Of a stretch of 64,000 bases of DNA, positions 47,915 to 61,331 are shown one piece after another. Within the stretch, counting starts at the first letter, position 1; every line of letters starts with the position of its first letter. Both the position numbers and the translations under genes were made by a program. The notes under the pieces were generated by a model that worked only from the letters and a program-made list of their open reading frames with translations, ran no database searches and was not told where the DNA came from. Source of the DNA: Octopus sinensis (Eukaryota); NCBI RefSeq assembly GCF_006345805.1, contig NC_043020.1, forward strand, positions 7,936,001 through 8,000,000, written 5' to 3'.

Positions 47915-48034
47915 ACACATGTATGGGTGGTATATATATTCAGTTGCGTTTATTGTCTTGTTCACATTTTGAAGTCTATTATTGTTGTTAATGTTGTAGT
48001 TGTTATGATTATTGTTGTTGTTGTAAAGGTGGCA

Positions 48035-48350
48035 CATATCTCAGTGGTTTGAGCATTGGGCTCACCATCATAAAGTAGTGAGTTTGATTCCTAGACTGGG
48101 CTGTGTGTTGTGTTCTTGAGCAAGACACTTTATTTCACATTGCTCCAGTTCACTCATCTGTAAAAATGAGTGGTGACATCACTGGTCCCAAGCTGTATCA
48201 GCCCCTTTGCCTTTCCCTTGGATAACATTGGTGGTGATGAGAGGAGAGCCTGGTGTGCATGGGTGACTGCTGGTCTTCCATAAACAACCTTGCCTGGAGG
48301 GGAACTCCCTAGGTACAATCCCATAGTCATAGTTGATAGAAGAGGGTCAT
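48035..48350 (+). mobile_element. SINE family E, full length, diverged
   Basis: tRNA-like head, TTGAGCAAGACACTTTATTTC core, TGGTCTTCCATAAACAACCTTGCC body. Confidence 0.85.
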
Positions 48351-49193
48351 TTTTAAAGGTGGTGAACTGGCAGAATTGTTACTGCACCAGACATAATGCT
48401 TAATGGTGTTTCTTCTAGCTTAACATTCAGAGTTCAAACGCTGTGGAAGTTGACTTTGCCTTTCATCTTCTCAGGATTAATAAAACAAGTACCAGTTGCA
48501 CACTGGGGTTGATATAATTGACTCACTGCTTGTGCCCAAAATTTCAGATTTTGTGTTTAGTAGAAATAATTATTAATTATTGTTATTGTGATTGTGATCC
48601 GACAAGCAGTTATTACATTACATTTATTTGTCTTTTCCTTTTAGTTAATATTTAGAAACAAAAACTAAGAACAGCTGTACAGATGCAGCTCCTCCCAGTA
48701 TTTCCCTTCTCTCTCCAGTACCTCTATAAAATTTTCTACCATCCCCTGGGAAGAAGTGCTAACATCCTGAGAAGCATTGCCATAGATGACTTGAATTCAT
48801 AGCTCAAGTGTTGTCGGGTTGATCTGTGATCAAAGACTGTTTATTGTGTATCAGAGATTAAACTGCCTCATGCATCTTTCCTTTAGAAAGATGCATGATA
48901 TGAGGGAAGTTTATGGGGCTACTTCTGGCAGGTTAAATGAATATGTATAGGCTTCCTTGTTGGTTTGTTGTTTATATGGTTGTTGCTGTTGTTGCTATCA
49001 TCCTTGATCAATGATCAATGACTTTGCAAATGGGACCTCTCTCATCTTGTTTTCAAGGTAATGTATCAAGAACAACATTGCCCAATGTGTCCTATTTTAT
49101 AAGAAAGTAGTGTGTGATTTAGTGACTATCTGGCTATTATTTCTAGCATGTTGAATGGCCACTTAATGGCCTGCCCATTAACTCATTGCTTAC

Positions 49194-49454
49194 CTTGTTG
49201 ATCTTGATATTCTTGATGCCAATAGATGCCTCCACAGAGTTCAAACCATTCTTCATATCTATCTTCAGATTATAATTTTTTTTTGTCACATCAATTATCT
49301 TTTGGAAACACCAGTTGTGCTGGAATGTCCGCTGAAGCAAACAGAATTTGTCTTGTCTTGAGCTATAGAATAAAACGCATTCAATGAACTTGGTTTTGTC
49401 ATCCAGCTGTTTCTGAATTAATTGAGAAACAGTGGTTAATGCTGCTATGGCCAT
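49194..49454 (-). CDS. Candidate coding exon, unknown product (MAIAALTTVSQLIQKQLDDK...IGIKNIKINK)
   Basis: Exactly 87 codons open between AACTCAG| and AAG|GTAAGC in AT-rich unique DNA; no family recognised. Confidence 0.33.
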
Positions 49455-49800
49455 CTGAGTTTAAGGTATCAATCAAGGATGTAACACAAACCTTCTGAAC
49501 ACATCTCCGACCGCAAGAATTGGTAGTTCGTGAAAGATCACTGGAAAAGATGTGAGCAGTGAATGATTGAAATAAAATCTGAGGAAATTAATGATTGTAA
49601 CTGTTAACAATACTGAAAATCTTCTAAGGAAGTGAGCTGAATGAAAAGGACACCTTAACCTTTTTGATAGCAAACTGCCTGAAACTTCCCCTACTTCTAT
49701 GATACAAACTTCCAATTTTAAAGCGATCTGACTTAAAAACTTCCATCAAAATTTCATGTTTATTTATGTACCAAACACCAAGTATGTAATAGCAAGATTA

Positions 49801-50453
49801 TTGGATCTTTTTGATTTGAACGGCAGTTTTTAACATAATTTCTAGGTAACTAAAAAATTTAAAACTTTGTATACTGGTTGAATGTGATTATAAAACATCT
49901 TTTTCTCTTGGCTTTATTGAGAAAATTCTATAGTTTGTAAGATATTTGCTGTGTTTTTTTTCTTCAATTTCTGCAATTTCAACCAATCAATGACGTCTAT
50001 TGAGGTGAAAACATTCTGGTCTTTCAAGTTTGAACGGCAGTTTTCAACATAATTTCTAGGTAACTAAAAAATTTAAAACTTCGTATACTGGTTGAATGTG
50101 TTTATAAAACATCTTTTTCTCTTGGCTTTATTGAGAAAATTCTATAGTTTGTAAGATATTTGCTGTTTTTTTTCTTCTTCAATTTCTGCAATTTCAACCA
50201 ATCGATGACGTCCATTGAGTTAAAAAGCATTCTGTGCCGTATGAATATGTCCCTCGTTTAAGAAACAGATTGGGTTTATTTACATTTCTGAAGAAAAAAA
50301 GATAGATACCCTCCCCCCCCTAACCCTAACCCTAACTAACCTAACCCTAAAACAGATTGAAATGCAATAGATCGATACTAGGGTCATAATTCTGGGTGAC
50401 AATTTCATATGACACCGCTAGAAAAAACTACCGTTCAAACCAAAAAGATCCAA
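49801..50453. mobile_element. MITE with about 30-bp TIRs, 4-bp ATTA TSD, internal 214-bp duplication and a (CCCTAA)n tract
   Basis: TTGGATCTTTTTGATTTGAACGGCAGTTTTT / AAAAACTACCGTTCAAACCAAAAAGATCCAA; ATTA on both sides; superfamily not assigned. Confidence 0.85.
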
Positions 50454-51401
50454 ATTATTTTACCCGAAAGGATGAAAGGCAAAGTCGACCTCGGCGGAAT
50501 TTGAACTCAGAACGTAACGGCAGACAAAATACCGCTAAGCATTTCACCTGGTGTGCTAACTTTGAAAATAATGAAGAATTCAGTAAAACAATGTCATCAT
50601 TATTAAGAGCTTGTATTTGGAATATAAATTAGCATGAAACTTTGATGGAAATCTGTATCATAGAACCAAGGGCAGTCACAGGCAGGTTAGTATCAAAAGG
50701 GTTTATCCATTCCCTACCATCCGAAACAAAGCCGAGCATATAGGGCTGTCTTTAGAAGCTTAATGAGATGATCATCACTGGATCATCCTGACTATCTTTG
50801 ATTACAAGTCTGCTGGATCAAGGCTGACCTGGGGCTGTGTTTACACCACAATTTAATGATTTACAACAAAGTCACTCCCCCTGTGTATTTTTATTTCTTT
50901 ATTAGTGTTCATAACATCAATGTGGCTTTACTGCAGGCCACTGCAGTTTGATACACAATATCACTGCATCTTTGCCCTATCATGGTGTGTTTACACAGGA
51001 TATCATCACATCTTTATTGCCTGCCAATGTATTTTGTAGGATATCGCTATATCTGTATCGCCCTGTGAGTGTTTTCAGTATGCAGGATATCTCTCGCTCA
51101 TCTTTATGCCTGCCAGCTTGTATGCTGTACTACTGTAGGATATCACCACATCTTTCGATACCTGTCAGTGTGTTTGCTAACAAACAATATCACGGCATCT
51201 ATGGTGAACAAGTTTAACGAGTTTATCGTTATTTTTTCCCAAGTTGGCTCAGATAATCCAGATATGATCTTAATGTAATCCATTATAATTATCATCATGA
51301 TGACCATCGCTACTGTCATCAGTTCTGCTGGCGCTATCTTCAGTATCGCTAGTAACATCACCACTACCACCACCACCACCACCATCACTCACATCATTGC
51401 T

Positions 51402-51432
<31 letters not shown>

Positions 51433-51965
51433 CTATTAGTGTCACCATGATCAACTCCAACTATAACTCTGAACCAGCAGTTTCTCCCTCTATGTGTTTC
51501 TTCCTTTCTCTCTTCCTCCCTCCCTCCCTCCCTCTCTCCCCCCCTCTCTCTCTCTCACATTTACTTCCTCATCTTCTCGTTCCCGTTTCTTTTTCTTCTG
51601 TGGGGGTCACTTCTTCTTTACTCCCTCCCTCCTTCCACACAAATCATCTGCCTACCTTGGGGACCTTATTAGTTCTGGTACCACAAAAAAAAACAAAAAA
51701 AAACAAAAAAAAAAAACAAAGTTGCACCCACTACTCTCTGTAAAGTGGTTGGCATTAGGAAGGGTTTCTTAATGTAGAAACCCTACCCAAGCAGATGCTG
51801 GAGCTCAGCTGGTCCTCTTCCTCATCAATTCCTCTCAAACTGTCCAACCCTTGTCAGCACGAAACATAGATTTTAAACAATGATGATGATGATGATGATG
51901 TTTGTGTTGATGCCTGCTATTCTAAGATTTTCGACTTAAACTGTTAAAACATCAAGTGCTCCTCT

Positions 51966-52193
51966 TTAACCCTTTCGTTACCAACCCGGCTGAAACCAGT
52001 TCTGGCTCTAAGTACAAATGTCTTGTTTTCATAAGTTTTGAATTAAAATCTTCCATCAAACCTTTGTCACAATTTATGTTCCTAACACTAGCTGAATGAT
52101 AACTAAGTTATTTTACTAAATTCTTTGTTATATTTAAAGTAATCGAAAGAAACACAGAGCATCTCAACAGAAATACAGTAACAAAAGGGTTAA
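51966..52193. mobile_element. piggyBac-type MITE, intact
   Basis: TTAA-CCCTTTCGTTAC...GTAACAAAAGGG-TTAA. Confidence 0.9.
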
Positions 52194-52214
52194 AAAGGGA
52201 ATAGTAGGGAAGTT

Positions 52215-52705
52215 TGTAGAAGATTTGTCTATGACATCAAATAAGTCAATTGACTTCATTGAAGAGTTTTTACTGCCTGTCAGATATGTATGTATGTCAT
52301 TATTCAGTTTATTTCAAGATTTCTTGCCAATAGAGGAAGGATCGGTTTCTAACCAAGATCCAAGGTTTCTTTATTGGAATTTCAACATCAACAACAAGGT
52401 ATGCATGTATGTATGTATGCATGCATGCATGTGCAGATTTGTATATTTTATGTATGCATTCTCTTGCATATAGTTGCATATCTAGACAAGCTCATATATA
52501 CTTAAATGATAAACTTCTGGAAAGTTTTACAGATTTTTACAGTTCCAGTGATGGATTGGATTTGTAGTCTTCGAATTAAATTTCTCCTTTCTGGTTTTGA
52601 GAAGCTTAATTTCTCAAGATTGGTATTTAGGCAGTGTGTTACATATCCCAGAGCCCCAATAATTACAGGTATAAACCTGAACTTGTAATCTGGATAGAGT
52701 AACAT
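52215..52705 (-). mobile_element. Restriction-like-endonuclease (R4/NeSL-type) LINE 3' end
   Basis: LLYPDYKFRFIPVIIGALGYVTHCLNTNLEKL...LQIQSITGTVKICKTF matches the PIVIGALG....L..L...LQ....GT..I tail of the RLE domain. Confidence 0.78.
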
Positions 52706-53940
52706 ATATGTATGTATGTATGTATTATATAGTATTTCATGAGTGTTGTGTGGTGTATGGGTTGTGTGTGTTGTGCTGTGTGGTACACAGCATAGTGTTA
52801 TGGTGTATGGCTTATGTATGTGATGTATAGTGTATAGTGTTGTGTTGCATGTATGTATGTTGTGTGTTAGTGGTATGTGGTGTCTGCATATGTCAAGTGA
52901 GGTTAGATGTATGTATGTTATGTGATGTATGGTGTGTGTGTGTGTTGTATGATGGTATATGGTGTATATATTTGTTGTCTGTGTGGTGTATGGTGCATGT
53001 ATGGTATTGTGAGATAGTTGCTATATGTGTGTTGTGTTATATGTTATTTAATGTGTCTGTGTATTGTATTGTATGGTGTATGCATGTATCATGTTGTGGT
53101 GTGTGTGTGTGTGTGTGTTATATTCTATGGTATAGGCTGTGTGCAAGATTATGTTGTATGGTAGTGTGTGTGTGTGTTATAATCTTTAATATTGCACACT
53201 GTAGTGTAAATATTTGATGAACTCACTCTGGTGTTTTGCTTTTTTTTTGTTTTTGCATGTTTTTCCATCTTTCTTTTCCTTGCTCATCTTTTAATACTTA
53301 CACAGTGGTTTAATAATGCTACAAAGGAGACTTCTTATCTCAGTTAATGTCTGTCTTCACACGACAGCCATAACTTGGTCATTGCTCACACTGACACGGC
53401 TAACGGTGGCGGCAGCGGTGTGTATGGGGGTGTGTGTGGTGGGCATACAATTGATGTTTCAGTTTTGTTTATTTGTTGGTGCTGTTAATGTTATTGATGT
53501 GGTTCTTAGCTGGTGTGTGTGGGGGCGTGGTGCTCCGTGTGCCTCTGTTCTTATAGTTGGCAGGTACTGAGGCAGGTGTGTGTGTGTGTGTTTTGTTTTA
53601 GTTATTGCTATTTTTATCGTTGTTGTTGTTGTCGATGGTTGAGTGAAGCAAGAGAATCATTGTTTGTGTTGTTGTTGTTAAGTGTTCTTAACTTATTAGT
53701 GATGGTGGTGGTGGTGGTTGTGGTTGTGGTGTAAGAGGAGGAATTGTGTGTGTTGTTGTTCTGAATGTCATAGTATGTATTTATGATAGTGTAAGGGAGG
53801 GGGTCTGTTGTTATTACCGGTGGTGGTGGTGGTGGTGGTGGTGGTGGTGGGGTGATAGTGATGGAAGGGTTACGAGTTGTTGTAGTTTGTCTTATATTCC
53901 TTGATTTCAACCTCCTCATCCCCTCACCACCAACACCACC

Positions 53941-54446
53941 ACCTCAACTCCTCCACCAACATCTATTGATTTATAGTCAATGGCCAGCTAGAAGCATTAA
54001 GAAGGAAAGACAGAAAGTATTGCATCGAAAGCACATGCATTCGTGCAACCGAGCACGTGCATGCACACACATGCATGTTGTCATGCACACACATGTGCAA
54101 CCATGCAGATGCAATCTCCTAAACATGCACATATGTGAGTGTATTATTTATTCATAACCAACACCAACAACAGTTCCCACCACCACCACCACCACCTCAA
54201 CTCCTCCACCAACATCTATTGATTTATAGTCAATGGCCAGCTAGAAGCATTAAGAAGGAAAGACAGAAAGTATTGCATCGAAAGCACATGCATTCGTGCA
54301 ACCGAGCACGTGCATGCACACACATGCATGTTGTCATGCACACACATGTGCAACCATGCAGATGCAATCTCCTAAACATGCACATATGTGAGTGTATTAT
54401 TTATTCATAACCAACACCAACAACAGTTCCCACCACCACCACACCA
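53941..54446. repeat. Tandem duplication, 253-bp unit x2, bounded by (CAC)n
   Basis: ACCTCAACTCCTCCACC at 53941 and 54194; units essentially identical. Confidence 0.93.
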
Positions 54447-55043
54447 CCACCACCACCACCACCACCAGCGCTGCCACCTCCGCTACCATTCCTGTTTCTG
54501 TTGATGTTGTTCTTAATCTTATTGTCCTCTATGTGTTTACATTCGTAGAATGAAACAATATCTAAGCAAGGCTGTTGGAGTTGAGGCTCACTTTGTTTCT
54601 GTGTTTACACTCTGCCTCACTCACTCTCTTTCTCTGTTTCTGTGCATAGACACCCCCACATTTGTACATGGATAGATATATATATATATATTACACACAC
54701 ACACATGAATGGCTATACATATATATATAGGTATATATTCAGTTCATTCATTTCAATACTCTTGCACCACCTACCTAACTCATAAATTTCAATTGTTGTT
54801 CATCTTCACATCACAAATCTAGCTAGCTATATGCTTATCTCTCTAGCTATCTTTCTTTCTGTCTGTCTGTTTGTCTGAATTTACTTCAGGACTTGAGTTT
54901 CATTCCAGCGAAATGCTATGTCTGAAGATTGTAGTCATGTGAAACTTCAGTCATAAAACAAACCCCCAGTTTCAGTTTCAATAAAAACCATATCCCCTAC
55001 AGCATGTATTGAGCATTCATTTCTCATTCATTAACTGTAAAAC

Positions 55044-55090
<47 letters not shown>

Positions 55091-55094
55091 CTCT

Positions 55095-55278
55095 CTATCC
55101 GCTCAGTCGAAGTCGACTCTTGGTCACTCGTTGGATCAGTGTCCTCCAGTCAGTTCTATCTTAGGCCGCTTCTTTCAGATTGGCTATGTCCATTCTGGTA
55201 TCACTCTTGATGGTGTCAAGCCAGCGGGTTCTTGGTCGGCCTCTTCCTCTCTTGCCACTGACCATTCCGAGCATGATG
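55095..55278 (-). mobile_element. RTE (BovB-like) LINE 3' end
   Basis: MLGMVSGKRGRGRPRTRWLDTIKSDTRMDIANLKEAA*DRTDWRTLIQRVTKSRLRLSG*. Confidence 0.88.
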
Positions 55279-55280
55279 TG

Positions 55281-55334
<54 letters not shown>

Positions 55335-56309
55335 CGTAAAAAGCACCATTCAAATGTGATCGTTACCAGCATCGCCTTACTGGCACATGGAAAACATTTG
55401 AGCGAGGTCATTGCCAGTACTGCCTGACTGGCCCTCATGCCGGTGTCACGTAAAGGCAACCACTTCATTCTCGGAGTGCTTGGCGTTAGGAAGGGCATCC
55501 AACTGTAGAAACTCTGCCAGATCAGATTGGAGCCTGGCACAGCCATCTGGTTCGCCAGTCCTCTACCAAATCTACTCACAAGGTTTTTGTTGGTCTGGCG
55601 CTATAGTAGAAGACACTGTCCTAGGTGCCAAACAGTGGAACTGAACCCAAAACCATGTGGTCGAGAAGCAAGCTTCTGAACCTCACAACCATGTATGAAA
55701 CTGATTATTATTTATTTTAACATCAACTGCTAACCTACTTGACTGTAATGATGAGGACGATGATGATGATGAGGAGGAGGAGGAGGAGGAGAAGTATGGC
55801 ATTGATGATTAGGAGGACACCGATGACAATGACATTGAGGACCATACAATGGCATTGATCATAATGATGCTGATAATGATGATGGTGATGACATTGATAA
55901 TGATAGTGATGATGATAATATTTGATGATGACATTGGTGGAGGTGGTGATGAGGATGTCGATGACAAGATTGAAGACATGACACTAAGAATGTCAACATT
56001 CCCAAGAAACAAGGAGATTGGTATTTGCTTGGCTTCAGTCGCTTCACAGAGAAGTTGGTATCTGAAGATTTAAAAAGAAAAAAAAAAGAAGTCAACTCCT
56101 TGGTGGCTGGTATCAGTTCCATTCAATTCTGCCTACTGTTTCCTTCATCTTCTCTGATTTCTTATTTAACTGTTTCAAAGAGACAGACATCATAGAAATA
56201 ATCTTAAATATATGAAAATGTAACAGTAACTCCGTTTAAATATATTTACATGTAGAGAAACACAATGGGTGTCTGTGTTATCAGCTGCTTATAGTCTGTC
56301 TGGTATATG

Positions 56310-56800
56310 AAGGTGCATGGCTCAGTGGTTAGAGTGTCAGGCTTACAATCATGAGGTTGTGAGTTTGATTCCCAGGCTGAGCTGTGTGTTGTGTTCTTGA
56401 GCAAGACACTTTATTTCACGTTGCTCCAGTTCACTCATCATCATCATCATCATCATCATCGTTTAACGTCCGTTTTCCGCGCTAGCACAGGTTGGACGGT
56501 TTGACCGGAGTCTGGGAAGCCAGGGGCTGCACCAGGCTCCAGTCTGATCTGGCAGAGTTTCTACAGCTGGATGCCCTTCCTAACGCCAACCACTCCGTGA
56601 GTGTAGTGGGTGCTTTATAATTTGCGACATCACTGATGCCAAGCAGTATCGGCCCTTGGGTTTCTCTTGGATAACAGCAGTGGCATGGAGAGGAAGGACT
56701 AGTATGCATGAGCAACTGCTGGCCTTCTGCAAACAACCTTGCCCTGACTTGTACCTTGGAGAAGAACTTTCTCGGTGCAGTCCAATGATCATTTGTGACC
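56310..56800. mobile_element. SINE family E (+) split by an inverted family C copy (about 56440-56620)
   Basis: Head and core at 56310-56435, (CAT)n plus family C reverse complement, E body resumes at about 56625. Confidence 0.75.
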
Positions 56801-58339
56801 AAAAATAATGCATTAACTGTGAGATCTTGAACCTACCTGATCCTTTCCCCAGTATTCCACCACTCCCTCTCTTATCCTTCTCAACCTAGCTCTTTCACCA
56901 TCTTAAAATATTTACATTAGGGACCACATCAGACCTACATGTACTGCATTCACTCTATCTGTACTCATCCCAGTCTGTTTGGTATTGACAATCATCATTC
57001 ACTCTCACCATTTTATTCTCCTCTTGCTATGCATCACTGTCTTATGTCTCTCCTCCTAAGTGCAGGTGCTACAATTTAAATGCATCTACTGAACTCAGTT
57101 AAGTACGGGGCCAAGAGACCCCTTTAATATTGTTGTAGGTATGAGAAATTCCTTTATGCTGGTGCCTCAAAAACAAATACATCCTGTGGTGTGGTTGGCC
57201 TTAAGAAGAACATCCAGCCATAGAAAACAAGCTCTGTGTGTGTGTGTGTGTGTGTGTGTGTATGCATGCATGCGAGCAAGCAGATTGACAGAAGTGCCGA
57301 CAACAACACTGCTTGAATGACTTTCAAATAAGAGAGCTCAGACGTAAACAAACACAGACACATACCTACTCTCTCTCTCTATCACACACACACACACACA
57401 TGATTTTCTTTTCAGTTTTTGTCCACCAATTTTATTTTCCTGTACCAATCCATGTTCAATCTTAGTGATTCTGTCATTACTTCATTCACAAGTGCAGGTG
57501 AAACCTATTCGTCACCAAAACAGTCAGAATATGACTAAAACCTGTCTGCAGTTTGTTGTCTCTCCATGCCGGGGAAAACTATATCAGTCATTGACAATTA
57601 CTATTTATTTTTATGCACCTATTTATTGCATTTATTTAATTTTGTTTTTTGCATCACAAATTTATTTCTAATTGTTTTTTTTTAATGCCTCAATCATGTA
57701 GTATGTTAGCACAATTAAGTGGACTATCGGATTTTATGGGGATGGCATCTGTAAATTATATATTCTCTAAACAATTGAAATACCAGCCAATGTATAGGTC
57801 TGTCATATTGACTCATTGAATCTTCCATCACTACATTGGTGATATACACACGAATGTACATGTCTTGCTGATGAGGTCAGAATAAGACTGAACCCCACCC
57901 CCGAGTTATTTCCTGTACATGCCAGAGAAACTGAAATAATATTAATTTCTAATATAGAAAGAAGGGTTCAAATTTAGATGAAGAGTTTTGTCACTGTAGT
58001 CAACTCCGACACTTGTCAGGTATCGTATGGGTATAAGCATTGCTGTGTGTTTGAGAACTTTAGTTCCCAACCAAATATTTTCAAGTTCATTCCTACTGTG
58101 TGGCAACTTGGACACATGTCTCCTACTATAGTCCCAAGCTGACCAAAGCTTTTTGGTGTATGGAAACTGAAAAAAAGCCCATTGTGTGTGTCTGTGTGTG
58201 TGTGTGTGTGCATGTATGTCCCCACCTTGTTTTAACATAGTGTGATAGTAATAAATGTGTATTACAGTCATGCAAAGAGTGTCATTCATTTCCAGTATTC
58301 TTGGAAATGAATATTCTTGGCCATGGGGAGATATTACCT

Positions 58340-58618
58340 TACTTGGAAAAAGGCAATGAGGCTGTGGGGTCACTCCGAAAAGCTCTATCTGCGACGATTT
58401 CATCTCAATCGAAGGAGAGGAGCTTTCTCCGTCTGGGTTGTGAATCTGTGGAATAAGCTGCCGGACGAGATAGTGAAGATGCCAATGACCGCTTGGTTCA
58501 AAGTCTCTCTTGACCAGAAATGGCCTGAACTCTTTGCATGAACACCCCTATACATAACTCCATGTCCCCCTACATGGCCTTGCTTTTTGCTTTTTGAGCC
58601 AAAAAAATTAACTTAACA
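58340..58618 (+). mobile_element. CR1-clade LINE 3' end
   Basis: LWGHSEKLYLRRFHLNRRRGAFSVWVVNLWNKLPDEIVKMPMTAWFKVSLD matches RGH..KL....FS.RVVN.WN.LP..VV....FK..LD; (TTAAC)n tail. Confidence 0.9.
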
Positions 58619-59542
58619 GGAAGGGTATCTGGCTGTAGAAAATAAGCTTCAAATAAACTCCATCCGACTCATGCAAGTATGGAATATTAGATGTTAAAAT
58701 GATGATGACTTTGGAAGTATGAAAGGCCAAGTTGGCCTCAGAGGGATTTCGGATCAGATCATAAAAGTCTGTTGCTAAATATCACAAAGCATTTTTGTCT
58801 GATTCACTAACGAGTCTTCTAATCCGTTCCCATTAAAATGAAAATAATATTTTACCTTAACAAATATCAATTGTCTTTTTTAACTCACATCATACATCTG
58901 CTTCCATTTAGTAGTGCTTTGTGCATTAATTAACTACAATTAACTTAATGTGTTTTTCATGTGTTTATGGCAACGGTAGCACGTCTGTTGCGAAGGTTTG
59001 TTTAAGGCTTTTACATTTAGTAATCAACAAAAATTTGGCTTTTGGCCCCTCATGTTTTAGGTTCAAATTCCACTGAGGTTGACTTTGTCTTTCTTTCCTC
59101 TTCCTTCTGGGATTGTTAAAATAATGTACCACTCAATGTACTGGGGTCGATGTAGTCAACTTGCCCCTCCTTTAAAATAGCTGGTCTTGTGACAAAATTT
59201 GAAATCATCATCATCATCATCATTGCCAGACAAAATGTTTTGCAGCATTTTACTCTTTTACTTGTTTTACATGCTGGAGCACCACCTTTAGTCAAACAAA
59301 TCAACCCCAGGACTTAGGGTTTCAGGGAAATCTCAGACATTGGGATTCCTCAATTATCCCTAAAGACCTTCCTGTATCAGAAGGGCCACATCTCTATCAT
59401 CTTCCCTGCCATTTTCTTTTAAACCTTTATATGCTATGCATATGTCCCCTTGTTTTTCAGTGTATACTTAATTTCTTTCTTTTTTTTTTATCATTTCATT
59501 ATATGCAAACCCCCACACTTTATGTCTGTCTTTGTATTGTCT

Positions 59543-60221
59543 TGATACCTGCTCAGAAACCTATGCAAAGTTGCAAAAAAGTGTATAGAGAGGAGTGTAT
59601 GAGCCGCACACAAGTGTACAAGTGGTTCAGCTGTTTCCAAGATGGCCGGAAAAATGTTGATATTGACAAACATTCTGGGAGACACGCAAGCAGCAGAACT
59701 GAGAAAAATATTGCAGATGCGCCTGCAGCTGTGGGTGGAAATTGTTGAATCACCATCTGTGAGTTATCAGAGGATGTGCAGATTAGTTACGTTCAGTTTA
59801 GTCTATTATCACTGAAGATTTGGGTATGAGACACGTTTCTGCCAAGTTTGTGCTAAAACTGCTTTCAACTGACCCTAAAAACACTTGGGTTTCATTTGCA
59901 CAAGATCTCCTTCATTGTATAGAGAACAATGAAAACCTTTTGAAAACACTGCATAGGCCTCTGAGAAAGTATTGTCAAACTTTTGGCAAAATTTGATGCA
60001 GATTCTCTGCTCAACTTCCTCTGTCATGGTCAATGCAACAATCACATGCTACACGCCTTCCTTCCAAGCACTGCTGTAAACAGTGGAAGTAAGCTAGAAT
60101 ATTGAAACTTTGTGCGCATGCACAGTAGAGTTCAAGGCTGATCTGTGCCAAGTGGCTTCACTCTGCGCCGTTTAGCTTCGTTACTATGGCAACAGTCTGC
60201 TTACTTATTGATCAGACCATG
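59543..60221. mobile_element. Rearranged mariner transposon remnant
   Basis: Plus strand 59543-59947: DTCSETYAKLQ/KVYREECMSRTQVYKWF..FQDGR..V...HSGR...ITEDLGMRHVSAKFVLKLL. Minus strand: TIR CATGGTCTGATCAATAAGT starting at 60221 next to TA, UTR, then MTEEVEQRICIKFCQKF from 60027. Confidence 0.88.
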
Positions 60222-60344
60222 TATAGCCCACTATATCTACCACACACAGATAGTAAACATTCCAAACTACCAATGTGGAGATGTGTATTGTGCACATATC
60301 TCCATACCACATAAACTCATATACACACAGCACACACAAAGGTG

Positions 60345-60622
60345 AAGACACGTACACACACACAAACATATGTATGTATACACACACACACACACATGCA
60401 CACGCACACACACACACACACACACACACGCACGCATACACACACACACGCATACACACACACATGCACACACATACACACACACACGCATACACACATG
60501 CACACACATACACATACACACACACACATGCATACACACGCATACACACACACACATGCACACGCATACACACACACACTCATACACGCACACACACACA
60601 CACACACACACATGCACACCCA
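60345..60622. repeat. Degenerate (CA)n microsatellite
   Basis: Directly visible. Confidence 0.95.
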
Positions 60623-61051
60623 CAGAATGCCGTCTGCAGCTGTGAATTGCTAACATTATTATTACAAACGCGGCTGTTGTTGCTATTATGTAACAAGCAT
60701 TACACTATTACTCTGCAACAGATGGTGGTCTTGAAAAGGTTATCTTGATGAAATTTTTTTATTTTGTTTTTTTTTGTTCAACCCTAGGTCTCCATCTTCA
60801 CTTAACTGATCCATGATCAAACACATTACAGCCATGACCATCTTGTCTTAGTTCCAGGCAATACACCTGCAACTATATCATTATCCATTGTGTTCTGTCT
60901 TGGACATGTTGGATAACCTATTGTAGCAATATAGTAAGGTGTGTGATTTGAGGGACATTTGGTTGTTATTTCTAGCAGTCTGTGTGACCACTTAGTGGTC
61001 TCTCTGCTGGGTTTCTGGTTCCCTTAGTAATATGCAGAGTATATATTTGCG

Positions 61052-61250
61052 GTAGTAGTAGTGGTGGAAGTAGTAGTATTAGTCATTACACTGTATTGTA
61101 CAACAGCTGTGGGCCTGAGCCAATAAGGTAGTCTATGTAGTTGTCTTTTCTCCTTCTACTGGCCATTAGGGTCTGAAGGGACACTGTAAAGCTAAGCGTT
61201 TTATGGACGTGAAACCCAGGGTAACCCCATAGACTGGCCATAAGTATCTT

Positions 61251-61331
<81 letters not shown>

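Noticed and set aside
50318-50350. Telomere or chromosome-fusion scar
   Set aside because: The tract is short, degenerate and lies between the TIRs of a MITE.
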